A stretch of 58,324 nucleotides of DNA, filler included, from Streblomastix strix (Eukaryota), in NCBI GenBank assembly GCA_008636045.1. It is 2 parts of 2 records of this genome, joined end to end, with 100 filler letters (N's around TTAATTAATTAA, not from the genome) between each part and the next. Parts side by side here need not be neighbours in the genome. Positions count along the whole stretch, not along the records: positions 1 to 29,153 come from SNRW01000107.1; 1 more part is not named here. One strand, given 5' to 3'. Positions 1 to 12,800 of this stretch are shown piece by piece. A model generated the notes under the pieces. The model searched no databases. It had not been told where the DNA came from and saw only the letters and a program-made list of their open reading frames with translations. Position numbers and translations under genes: made by a program. Position 1 is the stretch's first letter; every line of letters starts with the position of its first letter.

Positions 1-3000
1 TAATATTTCCCCATCCCATTTATTTATAATATTTTAATATATGATCGATTCCTTATTTATCAATTAATTGAGTATGAATAGGAAATGAAATTGGGAATCC
101 TATTCCTGATTTGGGTAATTAGAATGTTTGGGAAATGAATTATGAGTGAGAATTGTATTAGGATTATTCATCTTGATTTTATTCATATTTTATTTGTTGT
201 TGTTATTATTATTATTCCTGATTTGGGGTTCCTTATAACAAATTATTATATTATTACCATAATTGTTTATTCGTTTCATTTACTTCATTTTGCAATCTTA
301 GATTATCCCTCTGAATGTCTTATATAAACTTACTAATGTCTTATTCTCTTTCAATATTTACTTCATTTAATCTTCTTTTCATCCAATCCTTCACTTTCTC
401 AAATTGATCAATATTGCTGCTTTATGGGAATATATCTTTAGGATTAAACTTCTTATATGTTGGTGGGAGTGTGGATCGCATTGCAAATTTGAAGATATCA
501 GGAAATCTTGTTCTATATTCAAGGAGTATATTAATAGCTATATCTGAGAACTCCCAAGGAAATAGATATTATGTTTATGAAGAAGAAGATTGCTAATATG
601 GAGAAGATTATTAGAATGGAGAGAATTGAGGAGATTATGTCTAATATTGTGAATATGAAGATTATTATTGTTTCTGATAGGGTGAATTAACTTTGTTTTA
701 CTAATTATATTACTAACCTCTCTTTTCATTCTCATTGTCCATTCCACCCCATTAATACTGCTTAAATAAAGCTCCAATATTAAATCTAACATAAAAAGGA
801 GAATGTCTCATCCATGAATTGTTGTTTATTATACAAAATGGGAGACCAATATCATATGAAACTGGGAATGATGATTATGATTAAGATTAGGATGATGATG
901 ATTAGGATTAATTCTGATTACCAGAGTCTGGTTTAACAGTAATAACAAATGGTTGAACCAAATTCCTTACAGATGATTGAGGAGTATTAATCAATTATGC
1001 AACTTCATCTAATGTGTACCAATTTAATTAATATTATGGTTAATATAATTGTTATAGTAATGGGAATAGAGTTACTGAAGGAGGAAGTACATCATATACA
1101 AGTGAAGGTAATTATGATTATTTATTCTTTTTTATTATTGGATCTTATTCATCACCTTATTAATCTTCAAATTCATTCAGTTATTCAGATTCTTCCTTCA
1201 ATGCAGCAATCTCTACAAGTTAAGGTGTTATTCCACAGAATTGAATATTCTATTATGAAGATGATAATAATTATGATTGAATTTCTACGGCTTCAAACTC
1301 AAATTCAACCAAAACTTTTGGTATTTTATCTTCGCTTTTATTATTATTATTATTTTCCTCAATATTTGTATTTTCATTTTCGATACTAATTTATTCTTAT
1401 GGATTTTAATTTACAATAATTCCACCCAATCCAATTAATGCCAATGGATGTGGAATTGATGAAGGTTTATGAGTCAAATGTATCTCTTCATATTTATGAA
1501 GATTGGAAGTTCGAGGATTTGGAGTTTTAGTTTATTTGATTTCATTTTCTTTTTCTTTTTCTTCTTTATTAACTCCATCAATTATTTATTCTTTTTCATT
1601 TTCAACTTCTTTTCTTTCAATACTTTCAACAGAAATAACTTCTATATCTCCTCCTCCAAGAATAACCTTCTTTCCAACATCATAAATATGAGTAAGAGCA
1701 ATTATACCTTCTTCATTATCTTCTTATTCTTCATTTTCTATTTCATTTTCTTATTCTTCATTTTCTATATCTTATACTTCATTAATTTAATCTTCATGTT
1801 ATTCAATCAATTATTCTTTAACATTAATGTCATCTTCTTCTGTACTGTTCTCTCTATTTTCTTTCTTTTGTTTATTTTCCTTCTCTTTCGTCACTTTCTT
1901 CTTCTTTTCTTTCTCTTTCATTTCCTCTTCTCCAGATGTCCTTATTTAATTGGCAATAATAAATCTCTTATCTGGAGCAATAGGCATTCCAGTTAATAAC
2001 TATAATGGAAGTGTAACTGCTCCTGCATAATCATATTCAGCAGTAACTGATAAATATGGAATTTGAATGTGTTATTATATTTATGTTGTTAATTTAGCTT
2101 TATTTTCATCATCATTTATTTTCTCTTTATCATCAATTGAATAAATTCCAACTTTATTCAAATCTTATCCATTTAATTTCTTCAATTCTTATTCTCTTCT
2201 TATTTCTCTTTATCTTCTTTTCCATTTCTTTGAATGTTTCTAATTAATTTACTCTTCATTAGTTTCTTCTTTATTATTATTATTATTATTATCTTATTCC
2301 CCTTATTTATCCTTCCCTTATTCATTATTTGCATCTTCATTTATATTAATCTCTTTCATAATCTGAACTCTAGTCTTGTGTTTGAGAGAAAGTGCTAACA
2401 AAGGATGTATTGAGCATAGAATAGATATTCCATCTCCACTCACTTCCTCATCATCAAGTAATCTTCTGTTGTTCATTGGTTAATTCAGTCCAGTCTTATC
2501 ATTTGCATCGGATCCTTTCCTTTCTTTAGAACCAATTTCTATTCCTCTTCTCGATAATAATTATTTCCTCACAAATTCACAGCTGCTTTTAAAGTCAACA
2601 GAATTAGATGTTACTCCAGGAACCGATCTCTTTAAAATTCTCTCTAATTACTTGGGTGATAATTATGCAATCATTTCTCCAGCTGTTTATTATATTGGAC
2701 GAATTGTCTTATTTGGTGAAAGAGTATTGGTGTTATCTTTCACATTTGAATCATCTTTATTATCATCTGGAGTGTCAATTAATTATTGAATAAGCTTCAT
2801 TGCAAAAGCAGTTTCTGATTTCTTAAGATCTTCTCTAATTCTTTCTCTCTCCAATATTTTCTCATTTCCTTTCTTCTTATTCAATAAATCGACAATTTCA
2901 CCTTCTTCCTCATCTTCCTCTTCCATCAGAGCTCCTTCATTCAATTCCCAACAAATCCCTCCTTATGCTTCAACTCTGAATATTCTTCCTGGTCTTAGAT

Positions 3001-6000
3001 GAGGCCAATTATAATAACATGCACATCCTATAAGGAATCTGAGCGCATATGATAGAGTAGGTTCTACAGATGCTATCTATTATTATGATGAGGATGGAGA
3101 ATGCAATATAATAGATTGTGCTTATGATGATGATGATGATTATACTGAATTATGTTAAATAGGAAGTATAACATCTACAGAAGTAGAAGGATTTGCATTT
3201 CTTTATTTTGTTAAATGAGGAGATGTTTAAATTAAAGATGGAATAAGTGAATCATCAACGCTTGATTTCATTAATGTTGTAGAATGACCCAAATTTGTAG
3301 AAGAAGGATATTGTTTCATTATTGGATTTGTTTTGGATGATTAATACTAATTAGAAGGCGATGAATTAGCAGCTTTTTAGAGAAGAGCTAAAACAGGAGA
3401 TTATAATTAAGTAGGTTAAATGGGACCAGCTGTTTATTTAGGTTTACTTACAGGTGGAATTAGTACAGATTAGTTATTTATTATTATAGTTGGTGGTTGA
3501 ATCTTCTTCTTACCTCCACGAAGGCTGTTACTCAGTGTTAATATTAATGATGCTTATCTACTTGCATATCCAAATACAGTCATTTTGACATCACGAACTT
3601 TTGCAGTTAACTTCACAAATCCCGTTAATGGATCAATTCCTTCTTCTTCTTATTCTTTTCTTTATTACAATTTAGTTGGTGATAATAATGAAGAAGATGA
3701 ATCACGTTATATTATTTGATTACTATTCTTTTCTTTTCCTTATTTATCTTAATTATCTTTAACATTCAATTGTTCATAGTAATTCCACTTATTAAACTAC
3801 TCTTCTTTATTCCCATCGTTTTATTTATTTTGATTTTTATATGGAACAATTGCTGGTGGTTGAGCACAATTAATGAAGAATCCCAATGTGCATGGATGTA
3901 ATGTATACAACAATGAAGGGAATCGAGATCTTAAGTAGAAACCAGGCAATAAAATGGGACGAATCAAAGATCCCGTTTCTCTCCAAAGCTAATTTTGCTA
4001 TGAATTTTCTTATGATTTATTATTAGGAAAATCTAAAGGAGCAAATTGTTGTATTAATCTTTTAATAGAGGAAATCTAATCAATTGTTTCTAATGAAGAT
4101 TCAGATATTTTCTTTTTAATTGGGAATATCTGAGTAATTCTTGGTGATTAAAGTGATAATAGTTATTAGAGATCATAGAATGCATCATTTCCTTATCTTT
4201 AATCTTCCTCATCTTCATCCTATTCATAATTTCTCTCATATCTTATTCTATCTTAATCATCAAAGTATTACTTATTCTACTTCTTCAATTCATCTCCAAT
4301 GTATCTGAATCCTAATGGGAAAGGTTAATGTGAATTAGGTTGTGCTCTCTGCATCACAATCTTACAATTAGATAGAGATAAGAATGCAGGATGTACAATT
4401 GGAGGAAGAAGAACTGTTCCTGGGAAGACATTATTGGGACGAATGAACTATTTTTGGAGTCTGAATATCTCAGATGAATCAAATTCAGTTCTATTCTCAG
4501 CTATGGATAAAATAAGCTTTAATTCTGCCTCTCTTTCTTTCTCTAATAATTTCCTTATTAATTTGAAGTCCTTATGAGCAGGAGCTCTGAATAGTATGTT
4601 TGTATTGTGTGAATTCCTTCTTGTTTCTTCTTATGATAAAAGAGGATATATTTTCTGAGCTTATTTCTCTACTTCTTTCACATTCATGAATGGAAGCACA
4701 CAAACTCCTTCCCAGGGCATATGAGCGAATTCCATATCAACTTCAAACTATAATGGATAGTATTGTATAAGAGGAGAATCATTCTCATGCATCAGTGGTC
4801 TGAATGGAGCAGGGAGTAGTGTATCTGATCCAGGAGGGAGCACAGAAAGAAGTTATTCAAATGGACGAACTGGTTTCTCTTCTTTGAATGAGAAAGTGAC
4901 TGCAATTGGAGATTGTGTGTGACCTTAATAGAAATATTCCTATCTTGTATATTTAGAGTATATTGGAGTAACTGATGTAGATTGTTGGGAATCAATTAAT
5001 GCAAAGCTTTGATTTAGAGAGGATTATTAATTCAGAGAAGAATCCAATATTGTTTGAGCAGCAATTGCTGTTAATTCGCATAAATCGCACAACAAAGGAG
5101 CATAGATATATGGATAATACCAACTCCATGATACACATCCTCTATAATAATATAGAAATACCCATTAAACAGCTTCCATATATGAACGAATAACTGATCT
5201 ATGTTCAGAATAAATTGGATCTTTTAATGCCATCTCTCTAAATGGAGCTTCAGATATGGATGTGAAATATTGAGATTGCTTTGTTTATTTTTAGGATTGA
5301 ATCTTTGTATTTTATTATTGTTTTATTTATTCTTCTTCTTATTTCTCTTTGATAACACCATGATATTCTTCATTTTATTCTTCATCATGATTAGTTTCTT
5401 CTCCAAAAAGCATTCCAGGTGATTCAAATAGATATTCTCTATTTCCATTTGTATTCTAATTATCATCTGTTATATCATCACTACATTCATGAAACTCACT
5501 TTATCCATAATCTCTTCCATTACTATTCTCAAATCTATCAAATTGGTCATTGTAACTATATCCTTTTATTCCTTATATGCTGTATAATGCATCTCTCATA
5601 TGATGTGGGTCCCATTTATTCATAATTAGTGGATCTGAAATGAATAAAGGAGGTGGATCATAGCTGAATTTATTCTTATAATACTCTTACCTCCATTATG
5701 GGATTCTGTAATGCGCTTCATCTTATGCATCTCTGAATGGTGCATATGGATTATATGAAGTGCTTGAAATGGATCTGAGATTGGACTGTTATGCTTTAAT
5801 ATCAGAATCAGAATCAATTCAATTTGAATTTGAATTGGATTGTTATTTTTCATCTGTTCTATTATCAATTAATTATTCTAATCCCTCAGTTATTCTAATA
5901 ATAGATTTCATTCTATCTTTATCTGATAATCCTTTACTCTTCTCTCCCTAAACAATGAACTCCCCATTCTTAAACTACACTTTTGGTTTCTGGATGCTAC

Positions 6001-7266
6001 TGTTACTTGAATAACTACTACTGAATGTATCTGAATCTTTCCCCCTTTCCATGAAGAATGATCTCTCTTATGAAGCAAGACCTTAACAAAGCCTCTCAAA
6101 TGAATGCCAATTCACAATACCATTCCTTACTAGATATCCATCTGGTATTGACTGTTATTATTCCTTATTATCTCCATCAATTGTCCCAGGCCTTGATGTT
6201 CCAAATGTTGGCAATAATTTGATATATAATGAAAATATATCAGAAAGTGAGCCTTATGAAATATCTAATCCTGGCATCTTAGGAATGAAGTCATTACCAA
6301 CAAAGAAGCATATCAATACGAAATCATCAATTACACGTTCAAAGTCATACGCAAAAGGAATACGGAATTTAATAGACTCAAATTCTTTCATTAGATATTC
6401 TCGTAGTATCGAAAGGTGCAAGAATTAGAAATTGATCTTTTCTTCTCCAACTCGTGATTGGTTAGTTTTCTTATTACTGTTCAATCTAAGCTCTTCACGT
6501 AAGATAACAAAATTTGGTTCATGAGTAGCGAGTGAGAGCATAATTAAGTCTGCATCTTGTCCATATATACAATGTGATGTAGCTGGGCTATAATCAGGAA
6601 GTTCTCTTTATGCTCTTATATAGGACATGATCTTATGCTCACCTTCTCCAGGTACATCACATCCAGATACAATGACTGACACTTTTTCCCATAATTTATC
6701 TGTGCTTAGTTTCATCCTTACAAAATATTTCAGCCAAACTGAGAGTCTAAACATGAATTCTGTTCCTGGGGTGATACAGTTACTATCAAAGACTTCAGTT
6801 GGAACATCTTCACCTTTCTCTTTTGCATCTCGTATTGCATCTTCACGATCACGCATTGAACGAAATCGACGTGAGCGCTGTTGGTTCAATTTCGCTCGTG
6901 GTGCTACTCCATCAATGGCAATGAAGAGCAGTTTTCGTGGCTTAACAATTTGGAAGAGCCTGTCAATGTACTGGAAAATTCCTGCTATCATCTCTTCATC
7001 AGTAATCTGCTTCTGTATACCAGCATTCCCATGTGTTGCGTTGTGGATAATACCATTCGAATCGAGATATAAATTATCTGAAGAAATATCGTCATATGTT
7101 TTTTTTCGATGATATAAATATTGCACACCAATATCCGGACTTGTAAAAGCATCGCAAGGCGACAAAATCAGTGGATAACGTTCGCTGATCCACCTTGAGG
7201 TAGAAGCAGAAAATCAAGATTTAAGAAATGTAAAAGAGCATACTTAAATAGTTTAGGAACACCCAT
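1..7266 (-). CDS. XRN1: 5'-3' exoribonuclease XRN1; 3' end runs off the window; >2,380 aa in window with TAR=Gln
   Basis: ATG at 7266; exons 7266-7244, 7193-7129, 7077-<1 (introns 7194-7243, 7078-7128). Translation: [124 protein letters not shown]. Downstream XRN1-type segments (YNWPHL, RRGIEIG, DIGL) and the length favour XRN1 over XRN2. No in-frame TGA seen in the long exon. Confidence 0.95.
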
Positions 7267-7354
7267 ATTTGTATGGATACACGGGCACGCGATGTACTTT
7301 AGAACAAAAAATAAAGAAATAAAGAAAATAATAAATGTTGAAGTCTATAAAATC

Positions 7355-7737
7355 TTGAGTTTTTCAAAGCAAATTCATCCACTTTATATTTGGGTACAAA
7401 TGAAGTGTGATCAAGATAAAATGTTTTGAAAATAATGTATAATAAATAAAATGATTATTTTCAGGTAAAATGTTTATCCTGAACTTATTGTACAGCAAAG
7501 TTGAACTTAGGGCCTTTCCTTTTTGTTCACTTTATAATATTTCGTTTTTGCGTACTTTTTATATGTTAAAATTAAAATTTAAAATTAAATATTATATAGA
7601 GCAAATATTTCTTTATCAAAAACAATTTTATCCTCCTATTCATTCATCTATTTTAAAGAGCTTCTATTATTTTTATTCTTCTTTTTTGTTTTAATTTCAT
7701 TTTCATTTTAATTATTAACTTAATCTATATTAATTAA
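7355..7737. repeat. Direct repeat copy A1 (paired with 9228-9596), upstream of XRN1
   Basis: TTGAGTTTTTCAAAG...TTTGGGTACAAATGAAGTG...TTTTCAGGTAAAAT...CCTTTCCTTTTTGTTCACTTTATAATATTTCGTTTTTGCGTAC is shared; ~250 bp near-identical core, then a divergent middle, then a shared ~48 bp tail. Boundaries approximate. Confidence 0.9.
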
Positions 7738-7829
7738 TAAATTTATAATAGTTTATTGACAATCAAAGTTCCAACACTTCTCCTGTTGAAGTTTCTTGCA
7801 AATGAAACTGTGCAATTAATATTGTATCT

Positions 7830-9151
7830 TCACTTTTCTTCTTTTTCTTCTTCATTGGTCTGTTTTATTATCTTTTGATTTATCGATTAAAACTCTTTGA
7901 GAATATTTTCCTAAATAAAATGTCAAAAGGTAGTAGTTGAAATCTAAAATATGTAGGCAAATTAGAAATCATACAATAGTAATTAAACTCCAATCTCCTT
8001 TGCAAAGCTTTTCAGTTGTCATTGTAAGATCCAAGTATGAGAATCTATATGTATATTTAGTAAGATTAATAAAATATGATTTGAAATTGTTAATTATATA
8101 ATTTACATTAAAAAATAGTATATATACCCACGTGTTTGAGTAACCAATTAATCAATTTCTGATTATTACACATTCAATCTAATTTTATGCAAGAATTTAT
8201 TTAAAAATAATTATCTTTCTTCCTCAAAAGGATTAGCAAAATATGCATGGTAATTGAATTTCTTCATGAATTATACTGGAATCTCATCAAAATTAGTTGT
8301 TGTAGCAATAATTGTTGTACCTGAACATTCATATGATTATTAATAAAATGAAATTGAATAAAAATCTCTTATATAATAATCAAAACCTTCTTTGTTCATT
8401 TGATTTTAAAGTTCAGTGATAATCAACTTCGCTCGATCAGAAGTTCCATCTCCAATCATTTTATCAATTCCTTCAATAAATACCAATCCTGGATATATCT
8501 TTTCTGCTTATTCAAAAGCGATTGAAATGTTCCTAGTTCATAAGAAAATGAATTATTATTTTTATTTAATATCATTTATGTCCATACTATACATAGTCTT
8601 AATCTTCTCATCCAGCAATTATTTCAAGAGATATTGGAATAAACAGATGATTTCCCTGAGTTGAAAGAGCTTTTGCCATCATCTTCTTTCCATTTCCTGG
8701 GTCCTTTTCAATAAGCAAAAAAATAATAAAAAGAAGAATAAATGTAATATACAACTATCGAATAAAAAGCAAATATACCCCAGAAAAGTGCATGTGGCTA
8801 TGCCTTCCTTGTTTTATATCATCTTTTAGTTTGTCTTTTATGGAATTCCGTCCTATAATGTTGTCCCAGAGAACAAACTCGTATTATAATCCAAGAGATA
8901 CCAGCTTTTCGCTATTCTCTTGCAACTTCCTTGTTAATTCTTTAATTCTTTAATTATTTTCACTAATATCCTCCTAAACGTAATATAAAATGTTGAATTT
9001 AGTTAAAATATTTATCACATACTTCAATCTTCTGTTAAGAGTCATGCTACATTTCCTTTAAATTTTATTTTAAACTGTCTTATACAAGTTCTTCAAATAT
9101 CTGATCAAAGCTTGACTTGCGGAATCTATTGTCAGCACGTAAAGCACACAT
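7830..9151 (-). CDS. Divergent AAA+ ATPase (katanin/spastin/ATAD1-like fold) with N-terminal coiled coil; one in-frame TGA at 8608-8610
   Basis: ATG at 9151, about 7 exons. Motifs: WDNIIG; Walker A-like SG/DPGNGKKMMAKALST; Walker B-like LVFIEGID; sensor-1-like IIATTTN; TRGFSYLDL; ITIENILKEF; stop TGA 7830-7832. Confidence 0.75.
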
Positions 9152-9227
9152 AGCTGAAGTGAAAACGTAATATAAAATAAAAATTACGAGAAAAAATAAA
9201 TTAGTATGTGATTGAGCCAGCAAAGTT

Positions 9228-9596
9228 TTGAGTTTTTCAAAGAAAATTCACCCGCTTTATATTTGGGTACAAATGAAGTGCGATCAAGATAAAATGAATT
9301 GGAAATAATGTATAATAAATAAAATGATTATTTTCAGGTAAAATATTGTTCCTGAATTTATTGCACAGCAAATTTGAACTTAAGACCTTTCCTTTTTGTT
9401 CACTTTATAATATTTCGTTTTTGCGTACTTTTTATATGTTAAAATTAAAATTAAAATTAAAATTAAAATTAAATATTATATAGAACAATATTTGACATGT
9501 ACAAAAAAAGCTAATTTGATTTTTCTATTTAACAGATTTTTTAGTTTAATTTCAATTTCATTTTAATTATTAACATAATCTATATTAATTAATTAA
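9228..9596. repeat. Direct repeat copy A2 (paired with 7355-7737), upstream of the AAA+ gene
   Basis: Same sequence as 7355-7737 with substitutions and an extra AAAATT unit. Confidence 0.9.
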
Positions 9597-9858
9597 TATT
9601 TTTATTAAAATTATCTATTTGCAATCAATTTAAATGAGTTTATATTCAAATAAAAACAAAATCGCATTCTTTCAATTATTAGTGTAAAATTTAATTTATA
9701 TGCGAATTATTTACAAACACACTAAATAATTATTTATATTTAACTGGAATTTTTTATGGAAAATGCTTCTATTAATAGCCAAACTCGAAACAATTTTTAT
9801 TTTTTCATTTTCTGCATTATCTATAATTAATTATCTATAAAATTATTAAATACAAGAA

Positions 9859-12800
9859 ATGTCACATCATTCTAAAAACTAAAAAAGTAAAGTTGCACCA
9901 GAAACACACCAGGTCAGACCTTTGATATTTCCATCTGTAACTTGCACAGTTCTCTCGTTATCAGGAGTTGGAATGATTGAATTGGACTTAAGAATAGGAT
10001 TATATCGTAACTTGAAAATGTTGAATCTTTCATCAAATCGAATTTCTGAAATTCCTGGGACTTAATTTTGGAAACAATTAAGCTAATTAGAATTTCTTTT
10101 CTTACATAAGAATAAGATTTCATCACTATCTAATTGTTTATGTTTAACAGCTGCATCTAAATTAAGATATTTAACTCTTTATGACAACCCAGTTGAGAAC
10201 GAGAAAGGATACAGACACATATTATTGAATAAAATAGAATCACTTGTTGCAATGGATGATATTGTAGCATCAGATGAAGAGCTAATAGAAGGAATTGAAT
10301 ATCCACAGCGATATGCAGCATTTGAGCCCAAAATGAGAGCATAAATTGGATAAAATATTTTGGAAAAACATGATGCAACACAAATATAATTAGTGAACTA
10401 TATGAATAATTTAAGAAAAACATTAACACGTATTTTATCCAAAAATTCTCCAGTTATTATAATGCAGAAATTAGTAAGAGGATTCTTAGCTAGGGTATGA
10501 AATATTATTATTTAAAATATTAATAAATTAAAACAAATTAATTATTTCATATATATTACATTCTTATATATTTTATTTTTCAGAGACGTTTATAACACTA
10601 TATATAATAAGAATAAGAATCATCAGCTCTTCTTATATAAACAAGATGGAGAGGATATTATACAAGAAAGAAATATATGGCTAATCATGTTGCTTAATCA
10701 AAGACATCATTAATTGCACAAAGTCTTTGGAGGTTTAATATTATTTATATTATATATTATTTATATTATATATTGTTGTATATTATATATTGTTGCATAT
10801 TATATATTATTGTATATAATAAGACGACATGTATGTTAGTAATTAAAGAAAGAAATGAAAGAGAGAGATATAGCAGCAAGAGTATTGGGTAATTATTATA
10901 GGATACATATGTTATATAGAATGAAGAGACTTGGATGGAAACCTGAAAATTAAGGAATGAAATAAATCACTGAAATGAATAAGAATAAGAAAAATGAGAA
11001 TAAGATTGAGAAAGAGAAATTAAATGATAATGAATAATAAGAGTTACAAGAGTAATAAAAAGATTAGAAATGTGATAATAGTGAATAATAATAATAAAGT
11101 GATCGTTGTGTTGTTTCAGTTCCTCTTTCACAAGTTTCGTAATTATTAATTATAATTGAATCAACAATTAGATAATATGTTATGAATTGGTATATCAAAG
11201 AGAGAAGTAAGAATAAATATCATAAATTCAAATTAATTAATACATAGAAACAAGCTGTAGAGATAGTTAAAGCTACAATATAAGACAAAGATATTGCAGA
11301 TAAAGCAGAAAAGTTAATTAATAATAAAAAATATGATGTTAGTTCATATATAGTAACAGCATCATATGTAGCTAATGAAGCAACATAGAAGACAATATAG
11401 GAGAAGAAGGAGAATGAAAAGAAAGAAAAAGAAAAGAAATAAAAAGGAAAGAAGGATAAAACAAAAGGAAAGAAAGAAAAGATGAAAGAAAAGGAGAAGA
11501 AAGATATTGAATAAGAGGAAGAGTAATATGATAAAGATCATTTCTAACCATAATAATAATAGAATCAATAATAACAAGAATTGAATTAATCATAATCATT
11601 ATCCTAATTCTAATCACAATTAATAAACATTTCACCTGAGCATTTACCCATTTCATAATTTCCATTCACACTTCCTCTGAGTCCTGAGTCTCTCTAAATG
11701 TAGATACAACCATATATTCAATTAAGATATCCTTCATCATCATCATTTGCATAGAAGACTAATGAATCTACTACTCCTTCTTCAATTGTATATAAAATGC
11801 CTTTTGTTTATTAATAGAGTGGTGTTATTAATATAAGTGAAAGAAGAAGAATAAAGAAGGAATTAAAAGAATAAGAAAAGAGGAGAAAAGAAGAAGAAGA
11901 AAAGAAATAGAAATAAAGAGAAGAAGAAGAAAGAAAGAAAAAAGAAGATAAAAGATATAAAACTAATCAGCTATATAATAAAAGTAATAAAAGAAGCAAA
12001 GATGTTAATAATAATTCTCAAATATAATAAGCTCCTTCATTTGACTAATAATCCTAACCTCCTTCTCCTTCTTCACATTCATAATCATAATCATAATCAT
12101 AATCATAATCATAAGAATCAAGATCTCATTCAAATATGCAGTAATATCCTTCTCCTAATTAATTGCATTAATAAAATATGTCAAATGTTGATTTAAAAGA
12201 TAGTTAATTATAATAATAACAAATGATGTAAGATTAATAATTTAAATCATCTTATTCATCATCAGCTTCTTTTAAAGTATATTTACCCACTTCATCATCA
12301 TCTTCTTCATCATCAGAATTAGAATAATAATTACCTTAATTGTTAAAAAATGATCAAAGTGAAAATAAAAATGAAGAATAAGGAAGCATTAAAATGAATG
12401 AAAATTAGAATAACAAAGATATATCATATAAATCACGTCAATAATCTTCAACTTCTGATTCTCTTTTTGATTCATTTTCATCTCCTTCATCTCCTCATCA
12501 TGATCAATTATATTATAATTAGTAATCTATTCCTCCTGATATTCTATATTCTAATTCATTATTCAATTAGAAATAGGATTTTATAGCAATTAATGATTCT
12601 ATACCTTTTGTATAAGTATTCAAATTAATGAAGAAGTTACTTCGAAATAAAGAAGATGATGAATAAGAATAAAGTGAAAGTAAAAGAGGAAGTCAAACAA
12701 AATTAGAAAATTAAATAAATAAAGAATAGAAAGAATAAGATAAAGAATCGAAGAAAAACAAATAAAAATTAAATTCGAATTAATCCATTTCATTCCCTCT

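Noticed and set aside
10733..10823. TATATTATATAT(T/G) tandem repeats as CRISPR or mobile element
   Set aside because: Simple AT-rich intronic repeats with no spacers. No transposase, RT, rRNA or tRNA was recognised anywhere in the window.
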